Source: Clostridia bacterium (GTDB taxonomy: Bacteria; Bacillota; Clostridia; Oscillospirales; CAG-272). From it: DNA of 47,056 bases. Made by a program: the position numbers and the translations under genes. Below the pieces are notes generated by a model. That model saw only the letters and a program-made list of their open reading frames with translations. It had not been told where the DNA came from and made no database searches. Where the stretch lies: contig JAFTMF010000171.1 in assembly GCA_017452565.1 (NCBI GenBank), positions 1-47,056 on the forward strand, written 5' to 3'. Every line of letters begins with the position of its first letter. Positions within the stretch are counted from its first letter, which is position 1. Below are positions 17,784 through 25,279 of the stretch, in pieces.

Positions 17784-18122
17784 TTAGTCAAACTTGTAGC
17801 CGCACTTTACGCAAGCGCGAACCTTCTTGTCGCCGTCCATAACGATATGGGAGCGAACGCCCTTCTTGCAGTCGGGGCAGTACAGCTGAACCTTGCAAGC
17901 GTAGATGGGAGCGTCAACCTTCAGAATGGTGGACTGCTCACCCTGCTTTCTTGCCTTCAGATGCTTAGAAACTTTGTGAACGTTCTCAACGATTACCTTG
18001 CCCTCTTCGGGGGAAACCTCGAGAACCTTTGCGGTCTTGAGCTTGCCGTTATCGTCCTTGGTGTTAGCGTATTTGTCCTTACCGGAAAGTACTACTACGG
18101 TATCGCCTTTCTTAATAAACAT
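17784..18122 (-). CDS. rplX: 50S ribosomal protein L24 (variant with C-terminal CxxC...CxxC)
   Basis: [17 protein letters not shown]...[15 protein letters not shown] is the KOW/L24 core. The C-terminus is [32 protein letters not shown]. Confidence 0.93.
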   Translation of the reverse strand: MFIKKGDTVVVLSGKDKYANTKDDNGKLKTAKVLEVSPEEGKVIVENVHKVSKHLKARKQGEQSTILKVDAPIYACKVQLYCPDCKKGVRSHIVMDGDKKVRACVKCGYKFD

Positions 18123-18136
18123 GTCAGGTTACCTCC

Positions 18137-18505
18137 TTACAGTACTTCAGGAGCCAGAGACAGGATCTTGAGGTAATCCTTCTCACGGAGCTCTCTTGCT
18201 ACAGGGCCAAAAATACGGGTGCCGACAGGGTTCTTGTCAGCCTTGATGATAACTGCTGCGTTCTCATCGAACTTGATATAGGAGCCATCAGCGCGGCGGA
18301 TGCCCTTTACGCTTCTGACTACAACTGCTTTAACAACCTCGCCCTTCTTAACGGAGCCGCCGGGAGCTGCCTTCTTAACAGCGGCAACTACTACGTCGCC
18401 GATGTTGGCATATCTTCTGCCGGAACCGCCCAGGACACGGATGCACATAATCTCTTTGGCGCCGGTATTGTCGGCAACCTTCATGATTGTCTGCTGCTGA
18501 ATCAC
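18137..18505 (-). CDS. rplN: 50S ribosomal protein L14
   Basis: [28 protein letters not shown]; 122 aa. Confidence 0.97.
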   Translation of the reverse strand: MIQQQTIMKVADNTGAKEIMCIRVLGGSGRRYANIGDVVVAAVKKAAPGGSVKKGEVVKAVVVRSVKGIRRADGSYIKFDENAAVIIKADKNPVGTRIFGPVARELREKDYLKILSLAPEVL

Positions 18506-18550
18506 TGTTTGTTCCTCCTTATGACAATACAGGTTTTGCTGTACTGTTGC

Positions 18551-18817
18551 TTACTTAACTTTTTCAATGATTTCAACAAGGCGCCATCTCTTCTGCTTGG
18601 AGAGAGGTCTTGTTTCCATCACGAGAACGGTGTCGCCGATATCGCACTGATTCTCTTCGTCATGAGCGTAGAGCTTCAAGGTTCTCTTGATGATCTTGCT
18701 ATACTTGGGGTGCTTTACGTTGTCTACTACAGCTACAACGATGGTCTTATCCATCTTGTTGCTGACAACCTTACCCACACGAGTCTTGCGCAGATTGCGC
18801 TCGGTCATTTCAGTCAT
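18551..18817 (-). CDS. rpsQ: 30S ribosomal protein S17
   Basis: [25 protein letters not shown]; 88 aa; AAGGAG SD 9 nt upstream. Confidence 0.96.
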   Translation of the reverse strand: MTEMTERNLRKTRVGKVVSNKMDKTIVVAVVDNVKHPKYSKIIKRTLKLYAHDEENQCDIGDTVLVMETRPLSKQKRWRLVEIIEKVK

Positions 18818-18840
18818 GTTTCAATTCTCCTTCCCTATAC

Positions 18841-19029
18841 TCAGGCGTTCTTCTCGTGAAGAATCGTCATCACACGGGCGATGTCCTTCTTGACATCCGC
18901 AATCTTGTGAGGATTGTCAAGCTGATTGATCGCGTGCTGGAAGCGCAGATTGAACAGTTCTTCTTTGAGTTCGCCAAGCTTAGCTTCGAGCTGCTCTGCG
19001 GTCATTGCTCTGATTTCACTTGCTTTCAC
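18841..19029 (-). CDS. rpmC: 50S ribosomal protein L29
   Basis: MKASEIRAMTAEQLEAKLGELKEELFNLRFQ; 62 aa. The stop codon is TGA (18841-18843). Confidence 0.96.
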   Translation of the reverse strand: MKASEIRAMTAEQLEAKLGELKEELFNLRFQHAINQLDNPHKIADVKKDIARVMTILHEKNA

Positions 19030-19032
19030 TGC

Positions 19033-19449
19033 TTATGCCTCCTCAGTTTTCTGAACAAACTTGCATTTGATCGGCAGCTTGTGGGAAGCAAGACGCATAG
19101 CTTCCTTTGCGATTTCGGGTGCTACACCGTCCATCTCAAACATAACTCTGCCGGGTTTAACAACGGCTACCCAGTACTCGGGGGAACCCTTACCGGAACC
19201 CATTCGGGTTTCAGCAGGCTTCTCGGTGATGGGCTTGTCGGGGAAGATCTTGATCCAAACCTTACCGCCACGCTTGATGTAACGGGTCATGGCGATACGG
19301 GCTGCCTCGATCTGGTTGCTGGTGATCCAAGCGGGTTCCATAGCAACGAGGCCGTAGGTGCCGTTGGAAATGGTATTACCGCGCAAAGCCTTGCCCTTCA
19401 GGCGGCCACGCTGAACACGTCTGTATTTCACGCGCTTAGGCATTAACAT
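19033..19449 (-). CDS. rplP: 50S ribosomal protein L16
   Basis: [21 protein letters not shown]; 138 aa. Confidence 0.97.
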   Translation of the reverse strand: MLMPKRVKYRRVQRGRLKGKALRGNTISNGTYGLVAMEPAWITSNQIEAARIAMTRYIKRGGKVWIKIFPDKPITEKPAETRMGSGKGSPEYWVAVVKPGRVMFEMDGVAPEIAKEAMRLASHKLPIKCKFVQKTEEA

Positions 19450-20288
19450 TACTTGTTACCCCCTTCTTCTCTGGGTGCTCTGTTAGTAGCAGGACGGTTG
19501 CCATCACGACGAGGACCGTTGTTGTTTCTGCGGTCGCCGCCACGACGGTCGCCATTTCTGCGATCACCGTTTCTGCGATCTCCTCTACGGTCGCCGCGGC
19601 GATCGTTCTTGGGAGCCTGGGTCTCCTGAGGAGCGATAGTAGTAAACTTCTTCTTCTGTTCGGGCAGAACCTCACCCTTGAAGATCCAAACCTTTACGCC
19701 GATCTTACCGTAGGTGGTGTTTGCTTCCCAGAAGCCGTATTCGATGTCCGCACGCAGGGTCTGCAGCGGGATGGTGCCCTCGTGGTAGTGCTCGGTACGT
19801 GCGATTTCTGCACCGTTGAGACGACCGGACAGGCTTACCTTGATACCCTTAGCGCCCATACGCATGGTTCTGCCGATGCAGAGCTTCATTGCACGACGGA
19901 ATGCAACTCTGCGCTCCAGCTGACCTGCGATGTTCTCAGCTACCAGCTGAGCGTTAACGTCAGGGTTGCGAATCTCGATTACGTTGACAGCGGTGGGCTT
20001 GCCAACCATCTTCTCGATGTCGCTCTTCAGCTTTTCGATTTCTGCGCCGCCGCGACCGATAACCATACCGGGCTTTGCGCAGTGGATGAAGACTCTAACC
20101 TTATCGGAGTCGCGTTCGATCTCGATCTTAGGAACGCCGGCAGCCTGCAGGTTCTTCTTCAGAGTCTTTCTAAGATTATAGTCGGATACCAGGGTATCGC
20201 CGAAGGTTTCGTCCTTCTCGTACCATCTGGAGTCCCAGTTCTTAATAACGCCTACACGGAAACCGTGGGGATTGACTTTCTGACCCAT
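19449..20288 (-). CDS. rpsC: 30S ribosomal protein S3 with a ~60-aa Arg/Asp/Gly-rich C-terminal extension
   Basis: [23 protein letters not shown] is the canonical S3 start. The protein is 279 aa versus about 220 typical. The tail is [52 protein letters not shown]. Confidence 0.96.
   Translation of the reverse strand: MGQKVNPHGFRVGVIKNWDSRWYEKDETFGDTLVSDYNLRKTLKKNLQAAGVPKIEIERDSDKVRVFIHCAKPGMVIGRGGAEIEKLKSDIEKMVGKPTAVNVIEIRNPDVNAQLVAENIAGQLERRVAFRRAMKLCIGRTMRMGAKGIKVSLSGRLNGAEIARTEHYHEGTIPLQTLRADIEYGFWEANTTYGKIGVKVWIFKGEVLPEQKKKFTTIAPQETQAPKNDRRGDRRGDRRNGDRRNGDRRGGDRRNNNGPRRDGNRPATNRAPREEGGNK
19491..19607 (-). repeat. In-frame degenerate tandem repeat encoding (N/G)GDRR units in the S3 tail
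   Basis: The DNA shows reiterated cgacggtcgcc / ctgcgatc(a/t)cc units. The peptide shows DRR at least 6 times with 4-5 aa periodicity. Confidence 0.7.
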
Positions 20289-20306
20289 TTGACTTACCTC
20301 CTCCGA

Positions 20307-20657
20307 TTAGTCTCTTTCCTTAACCACAAGAGTCATGTGGCAGGTTCTCTTCAGGATGCGGTCGAAACCGCCGCGTGCTCTTGCCTGGCCGCGCTTCATA
20401 GTGGGGCCGGGGCACACGAATACTTCAGCAACGTACAGCTTGGACTCGTCAACGGCGATGCCTTCAACTTCAGCCTTGTTGATTACGTTTGCCTTAGCGG
20501 ATGCCAGGAGCTTGATCAGGGGCTCGCAAGCAGCCTTGCGGGTGTTTTTCAGAATACCCATTGCCACGTCGGTGTTCTTACCGCGGATCAGGTCCATAAC
20601 AATAGATACCTTGCGGGGGGAGATTCTGATATTCTTAACAATTGCTTTTGCTTCCAT
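20307..20657 (-). CDS. rplV: 50S ribosomal protein L22
   Basis: MEAKAIVKNIRISPRKVSIVMDLIRGKN; 116 aa. Confidence 0.97.
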   Translation of the reverse strand: MEAKAIVKNIRISPRKVSIVMDLIRGKNTDVAMGILKNTRKAACEPLIKLLASAKANVINKAEVEGIAVDESKLYVAEVFVCPGPTMKRGQARARGGFDRILKRTCHMTLVVKERD

Positions 20658-20676
20658 CTTTCATCTTCCTCCCTAA

Positions 20677-20958
20677 TTATTTGCCGTTATTAGAAGTTTT
20701 GGAACCGGCATGTCCCTTATAGGTTCTGGTGGGAGCGAACTCACCCAGCTTGTGACCAACCATATCCTCGATGATATATACGGGGATGTGCTTTCTGCCG
20801 TCGTACACTGCGATGGTGTGACCAACGAAATCAGGGTAGATGGTGGAAGCTCTGGACCAAGTCTTCAGAACCTTCTTTTCTCCTGCCTCGTTCATTGCGC
20901 ATACTCTGTTGTAGAGTTTCTCTTCAACGAACGGTGCTTTCTTCAGGCTTCTGCTCAT
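20677..20958 (-). CDS. rpsS: 30S ribosomal protein S19
   Basis: [15 protein letters not shown]...[17 protein letters not shown]; 93 aa. Confidence 0.97.
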   Translation of the reverse strand: MSRSLKKAPFVEEKLYNRVCAMNEAGEKKVLKTWSRASTIYPDFVGHTIAVYDGRKHIPVYIIEDMVGHKLGEFAPTRTYKGHAGSKTSNNGK

Positions 20959-20977
20959 TTACAATCTTCCTCCCAAA

Positions 20978-21811
20978 TTATTTACCGTTTCTGTGCTTAA
21001 CGATGAACTTCTCGGTTCTGGACTTCTTGTTACGAGTCTTATAGCCGAGAGCGGGCTTGCCCCAAGGGGTAACAGGGCCGGGACGGCCAACAGGGGACTT
21101 ACCTTCACCACCACCGTGAGGGTGGTCGTTGGGGTTCATTACGGAACCGCGAACGGTGGGACGGATACCCTTGTGACGAGTCTTACCTGCCTTACCTACC
21201 TTAACGGTGTCGTGCTCGATGTTGCCTACCTGGCCAATAGTAGCCTTGCAGTCCAGACGAACGAGACGAACCTCGCCGGAGGGGAGACGAACCTGAGCCA
21301 TGCCATTCTCCTTAGCCATCAGCTGAGCGAATGCGCCTGCGGTTCTAACCAGCTGTGCGCCCTTGCCGGGGTACAGCTCGATGTTGTGGATTACAACACC
21401 TACGGGGATTGCGGAGATGGGAAGAGTGTTACCGGGCTTGATATCGCTATCAGCACCGCTGGTAACTACGTCGCCATCGGTCAGACCGGTAGGAGCGATG
21501 ATGTAGCTCTTGGTCTTGTCTTCGTACTCCAGAAGTGCGATGTACGCGGTTCTGTTGGGGTCGTACTCAACGCCAACAACAGTTGCGGGCATATCGGTCT
21601 TCTGACGCTTGAAGTCGATGATTCTGTACTTCACCTTGTTGCCGCCGCCGTGATGACGAACGGTGATTCTGCCGTAGCTGTTACGGCCGGCGTGCTTTTT
21701 CTTGGTAGCCAGCAGGCTCTTCTCGGGGGTGTCCTTGGTTACTTCTGCGAAGGAAGGAACGGACATCTGTCTGCGGCCGGGAGTTGTAGGCTTATAAATC
21801 TTTGCTGCCAT
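20978..21811 (-). CDS. rplB: 50S ribosomal protein L2
   Basis: [13 protein letters not shown]...[16 protein letters not shown]; 277 aa. Confidence 0.97.
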   Translation of the reverse strand: MAAKIYKPTTPGRRQMSVPSFAEVTKDTPEKSLLATKKKHAGRNSYGRITVRHHGGGNKVKYRIIDFKRQKTDMPATVVGVEYDPNRTAYIALLEYEDKTKSYIIAPTGLTDGDVVTSGADSDIKPGNTLPISAIPVGVVIHNIELYPGKGAQLVRTAGAFAQLMAKENGMAQVRLPSGEVRLVRLDCKATIGQVGNIEHDTVKVGKAGKTRHKGIRPTVRGSVMNPNDHPHGGGEGKSPVGRPGPVTPWGKPALGYKTRNKKSRTEKFIVKHRNGK

Positions 21812-21824
21812 TTCTTACTCCTCC

Positions 21825-22118
21825 TTACATCATTCCGTCGAAGAAGGCGATGGTCTTGGAAGACTCAGTCAGAGTTACAACAGCCTTCTTCCATTCGGAA
21901 GTGTAGCCTTCGGTAACGCCGCGTCTCTTCGGCTTCTTCTTCATAATAATCGTGTTAACGCTCTTAACCTCTACGCCGAACAGCTTTTCAACTGCGGAAG
22001 CGATCTCGGGCTTAGTAGCGTCCTTTGCTACCTTAAAGGTATAGGTTTTCGCAGCGATCTTGTCCATGGATGCTTCCGTGATAACGGGAGCGATCACGAT
22101 ATCGTAAATAGACTTCAT
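21825..22118 (-). CDS. rplW: 50S ribosomal protein L23
   Basis: DIVIAPVITEASMD...YTFKVAKDATKPEI; 97 aa. Confidence 0.96.
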   Translation of the reverse strand: MKSIYDIVIAPVITEASMDKIAAKTYTFKVAKDATKPEIASAVEKLFGVEVKSVNTIIMKKKPKRRGVTEGYTSEWKKAVVTLTESSKTIAFFDGMM

Positions 22119-22741
22119 TACGCGTAAACCTCCTCAATTTTCTTAGCCGCATCGGAAACTACAACGAAGGTGTTGCAGTTCAGGATGTCGTATACGTTGA
22201 TAGTGTTTGCCTGGGTAGTAACTACACCGGGAATGTTTGCGAAGGACTTGATAACCTTCTCATCATTGTTTGCAAGCACTACCAGAGTCTTCTTGCCGGC
22301 GCCTACTGCTGCGAGCATATTCACCATGGTCTTGGTCTTGTATGCATCGGTAGCGATCTGATCAACAACGATCATCTCGTTAGAAGCAACCTTGGAAGAC
22401 AGTGCACTGATCATAGCCAGTCTCTTGGTCTTCTTGTTCAGTGCGATCTTGTAAGTTCTGGGCTTAGGACCCAGAGCAACGCCGCCGTGGTACCACTGAG
22501 GAGCTCTGGTGGAACCCTGACGAGCTCTGCCGGTGCCCTTCTGCTTCCAGGGCTTTCTGCCGCCGCCGGAAACTTCGGTGCGAGTCAGAGTGGACTGAGT
22601 GCCCTGTCTCTGATTGAGAAGATAAGCGCGAACAGATGCGTGCAGCACTGCTGCGTTGGGCTCTGCGCCGAAAACGCTGTCAGCCAGCTCGATGGAGCCA
22701 ACCTCTGCGCCCTGCATATCTACAACTTTCAAATTCGGCAT
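22118..22741 (-). CDS. rplD: 50S ribosomal protein L4
   Basis: RQGTQSTLTRTEVSGGGRKPWKQKGTGRARQGS; 207 aa. Confidence 0.97.
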   Translation of the reverse strand: MPNLKVVDMQGAEVGSIELADSVFGAEPNAAVLHASVRAYLLNQRQGTQSTLTRTEVSGGGRKPWKQKGTGRARQGSTRAPQWYHGGVALGPKPRTYKIALNKKTKRLAMISALSSKVASNEMIVVDQIATDAYKTKTMVNMLAAVGAGKKTLVVLANNDEKVIKSFANIPGVVTTQANTINVYDILNCNTFVVVSDAAKKIEEVYA

Positions 22742-22754
22742 CGTTATTTCCTCC

Positions 22755-23387
22755 TTACTTAGACTTTACCGTGTTGCGGATGAACACGATACCGCCGCGA
22801 GCGCCGGGAACTGCGCCCTTTACTGCGATGAGATTCTTCTCTGCGTCGATCTTAGCAACGTACAGATTCTGTACAGTTACCTGCTCGTTACCGTACTGGC
22901 CGGCCATCTTCTTGTTCTTGAAGATTCTTGCAGGGTCGATAACGCCCATAGAACCGGACTGACGGTGGATAGGACCGATACCGTGAGTCTGACCCAGCAT
23001 GTGAAGATTCCAACGCTTGATTGCGCCGGTGTAACCGTGACCCTTGGTGATGCCGGTAACGTCGACCTTTTCACCTGCTGCAAATACGTCAGCGGTGACG
23101 GTATCGCCTACCTTATAACCGGATACATCATCAAAGCGGAACTCCTTCAGGTGCTTCTTGGGAGCAACGCCTGCCTTGTCGAACTTGCCCTTCATGGGCT
23201 TGTTTACCTTCTTGTCAGCGATGGTCATAAAACCGAGCTGAACTGCATCGTAACCGTCGGTGTCAACGGTCTTTACCTGCGTTACAGTGCAGGGACCTGC
23301 CTCGATGAGGGTTACGGGGATTACGTTGCCCTTCTCATCGAAAATCTGGGTCATACCGATCTTCTTGCCGATAATACCTTTGATCAT
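22755..23387 (-). CDS. rplC: 50S ribosomal protein L3
   Basis: MIKGIIGKKIGMTQIFDEKGNVIPVT; 210 aa. Confidence 0.97.
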   Translation of the reverse strand: MIKGIIGKKIGMTQIFDEKGNVIPVTLIEAGPCTVTQVKTVDTDGYDAVQLGFMTIADKKVNKPMKGKFDKAGVAPKKHLKEFRFDDVSGYKVGDTVTADVFAAGEKVDVTGITKGHGYTGAIKRWNLHMLGQTHGIGPIHRQSGSMGVIDPARIFKNKKMAGQYGNEQVTVQNLYVAKIDAEKNLIAVKGAVPGARGGIVFIRNTVKSK

Positions 23388-23463
23388 TTCTTTTTTCTCC
23401 TTGTTTTAGTTATTGGTCGGCGTTTAGTGTCTGCCGACTTGACATAAAACTCTCAGAGTTTTC

Positions 23464-23778
23464 TCAGAGCTTGATTTCGATTTCAACGCCTGCGGGAAGT
23501 TCCAGAGAGGTCAGTGCCTCAACGGTCTTCTGAGAGGGCTTGATTACGTCAATCAATCTCTTGTGGGTTCTGAGTTCAAACTGTTCGCGAGCGTCCTTGT
23601 ACTTGTGAACTGCACGCAGAATCGTTACGATTTCCTTCTCGGTAGGGAGCGGGATAGGACCGGAAACGGTTGCGCCAGTGCGCTTAGCTGCTTCAACGAT
23701 CTTTTCTGCTGCCTGATCGATCAGGGTGGAGTCGTAGCTCTTCAGTCTGATTCTCAGTTTCTCCTTTACTGCTGCCAT
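23464..23778 (-). CDS. rpsJ: 30S ribosomal protein S10
   Basis: [46 protein letters not shown]. The start was chosen at the ATG at 23778, 7 nt after the AAGGAGG SD; the longer track ORF (23829) adds 17 non-homologous residues. The stop is TGA. Confidence 0.95.
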   Translation of the reverse strand: MAAVKEKLRIRLKSYDSTLIDQAAEKIVEAAKRTGATVSGPIPLPTEKEIVTILRAVHKYKDAREQFELRTHKRLIDVIKPSQKTVEALTSLELPAGVEIEIKL

Positions 23779-24034
23779 TACTTGTGCCTCCTTATAGAAT
23801 AGGTTTGGCTCAGATGCTGTACACCGCACCGTGTGTTTCTTTTCCTCACATCATAAAACCGAACTTCGTGCGGCAACTCCTCGCACAAAATCCGGACTCA
23901 CAACTTGAGAATCCGTTACCTCTTGCGGCATCGTTTCTGTTTCGCCCGATTAACACGGACATACTCCGGCAAAATTACCTGTTGGTTCTGTTTCAAACCA
24001 TTTTTCAGCAACTTTTGCTTTCAACGCATCAAGC
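23779..24034 (-). promoter_or_regulatory. Long (~255 nt) 5' leader of the S10 operon
   Basis: This is the distance between the predicted -10 (24041-24046) and the rpsJ ATG. The leader contains three mutually complementary segments, GUGCG / GCCGCAC / GGUGCGGU, that could form alternative helices. Confidence 0.5.
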
Positions 24035-24040
24035 GTAGAC

Positions 24041-24069
24041 ATTCTATCATACTTCTCCCTTTTTGTCAA
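24041..24069 (-). promoter_or_regulatory. Sigma-A promoter of the S10-spc-alpha cluster
   Basis: The minus strand reads TTGACA (24069-24064), a 17-nt spacer, then TAGAAT (24046-24041). Confidence 0.7.
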
Positions 24070-24234
24070 TCCCCCTTTTCGGATTTTTTCGTATTTTCGC
24101 AATTATTTACAAACTATTCATATTTTTATTGATAATTTAGAAGGTTCCATCGCACACTTCCCATCATTTCATCCAAATACATTTACCTGTTTTTGCCATT
24201 TCTGACAAAATTATGGAAATTTTGCAAAATCCTA

Positions 24235-24263
24235 TTGACAAACGGTGTCGATTATGGTACTAT
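24235..24263 (+). promoter_or_regulatory. Sigma-A promoter of abrB
   Basis: TTGACA (24235-24240), a 17-nt spacer ending in TGG, then TACTAT (24258-24263). It lies 55 nt upstream of the abrB ATG. Confidence 0.6.
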
Positions 24264-24318
24264 ATTATCACAGTACAAACATTACACAGATTCACACTGA
24301 TCAGAAAGGAATTTTACG

Positions 24319-24579
24319 ATGAAAGCCACAGGTATTGTAAGACAAATCGATAATCTGGGAAGATTCGTTATTCCCAAGGAAATCCGCGAGACCATGAACA
24401 TCGAGAGCAACGATTCTCTTGAGATCTTCACCGAAGACGATCGCATCATTTTAAAGAAATACGCCCCCGCCTGCATCTTTTGCGGTGAGGTGGAAGGTGT
24501 CATTCAATTTCAGAAAAAGCTGATCTGTTCCCACTGTATCAACGCAATCGCCGCTCACGCAGATTCAATTCAAGAATAA
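24319..24579 (+). CDS. abrB: AbrB/SpoVT-family transition-state regulator
   Basis: MKATGIVRQIDNLGRFVIPKEIRETMNIESNDSLEIFTEDDRIILKKY is the swapped-hairpin AbrB N-domain. The C-terminus carries CIFCG...CSHC. This is the only clear plus-strand gene in the region. Confidence 0.9.
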   Translation: MKATGIVRQIDNLGRFVIPKEIRETMNIESNDSLEIFTEDDRIILKKYAPACIFCGEVEGVIQFQKKLICSHCINAIAAHADSIQE

Positions 24580-24581
24580 CC

Positions 24582-24612
24582 AAAATCCCGAATCTTTCGA
24601 TTCGGGATTTTT
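24582..24612. terminator. Bidirectional rho-independent terminator (abrB / radical-SAM operon)
   Basis: A 13-bp stem AAAATCCCGAATC / GATTCGGGATTTT has a TTTC loop and U-runs on both strands. Confidence 0.8.
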
Positions 24613-24619
24613 AGTTGCA

Positions 24620-25279
24620 TTATCGGAACAGCGTTCCGTCAGCCGTATAGCAAGCCGTACGGCAAATATGATAGAAGCAATCAGGATCATCAAGCGCCGC
24701 CAGCAATCCTTTGATAAAGTTCTCCGGATTGAGGAAGTTTCCCTGCCCTGCGGCAAGGCGGGCATCGATGCGATCGCCGCTTACCGTAGCAGAGATAATC
24801 TGAGGTGTGATGTCTTTTTCCTTGTCCCCTTTTTTGCCGTGAACCATTACCATCATAGGCTGCTTCAGTGCTGCCGCAACCGCATCGGGATCCAGCGGAT
24901 GCTCGGTATAGATCGCATACTCGGAATACTCAACGTCCTGCAATTTCGTCGCGGGACGGTAGACCTCCAAAATCGCAAGATCGGGAGTCACCGCAGCCTG
25001 CAGACGTTTGGCAATTTCGGATTCGCTCATTTCATGAGTGATACGAATATCCAGATACTCGGCTACGCTTTCCGCTCCCACAGAAACGGTGAGTGCAAAC
25101 ACCATCTTCGGACGAGGATTAAAGCCCTGCGAATACCAGATCGGAATTCCCGAGCGCAGGAACGCCGAGTTCAGCGTCCGGCACAAATCCAAATGTGAGA
25201 TGAAGCGCAGCTTGCCGGTCTTGGCAAACTTGATTCGAATTGCGCGGGGTTCTCTTAAGAGGTTACCTTTGGGCAACAT
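24620..25279 (-). CDS. TIGR03936/DUF2344 radical-SAM-linked protein
   Basis: IRIKFAKTGKLRFISHLDLCRTLNSAFLRSGIPIWYSQGFNPRPKMVFALTVSVGAESVAEYLDI is the family signature. It overlaps the upstream radical SAM gene by 25 nt. Confidence 0.85.
   Translation of the reverse strand: MLPKGNLLREPRAIRIKFAKTGKLRFISHLDLCRTLNSAFLRSGIPIWYSQGFNPRPKMVFALTVSVGAESVAEYLDIRITHEMSESEIAKRLQAAVTPDLAILEVYRPATKLQDVEYSEYAIYTEHPLDPDAVAAALKQPMMVMVHGKKGDKEKDITPQIISATVSGDRIDARLAAGQGNFLNPENFIKGLLAALDDPDCFYHICRTACYTADGTLFR

Noticed and set aside
19491-19607. The short tandem repeats in the S3 tail region, considered as a possible CRISPR or minisatellite.
   Set aside because: The units are 12-15 nt, degenerate, in-frame and inside a CDS, with no spacer/repeat architecture. 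This is a coding low-complexity repeat. No CRISPR array is present anywhere in the window.
23779-23829. The ORF track gives N-terminally extended versions of rpsJ (to 23829), ftsX (to 42458), rsmE (to 45928), adk (to 13035) and the DUF2695-like gene (to 46157).
   Set aside because: The extensions have no homology to the respective families, and some overlap the upstream gene. Internal ATGs with well-spaced SD sequences reproduce the canonical N-termini.
23784-24132. Plus-strand ORFs 23784-24038 (84 aa) and 23905-24132 (75 aa) in the rpsJ-abrB intergenic region.
   Set aside because: They have no SD, their amino-acid composition is odd, and they lie antisense to the predicted S10 leader and promoter. 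They are better explained as non-coding regulatory DNA.
24319-24579. The AbrB/SpoVT-fold protein, considered as a MazE-like antitoxin of a toxin-antitoxin module.
   Set aside because: There is no adjacent toxin ORF; the gene is monocistronic between its own promoter and a terminator. The N-domain matches the AbrB regulators (MKxTGIVRxxDxLGRxVIPxExR) and the Cys-rich C-terminus matches clostridial AbrB.
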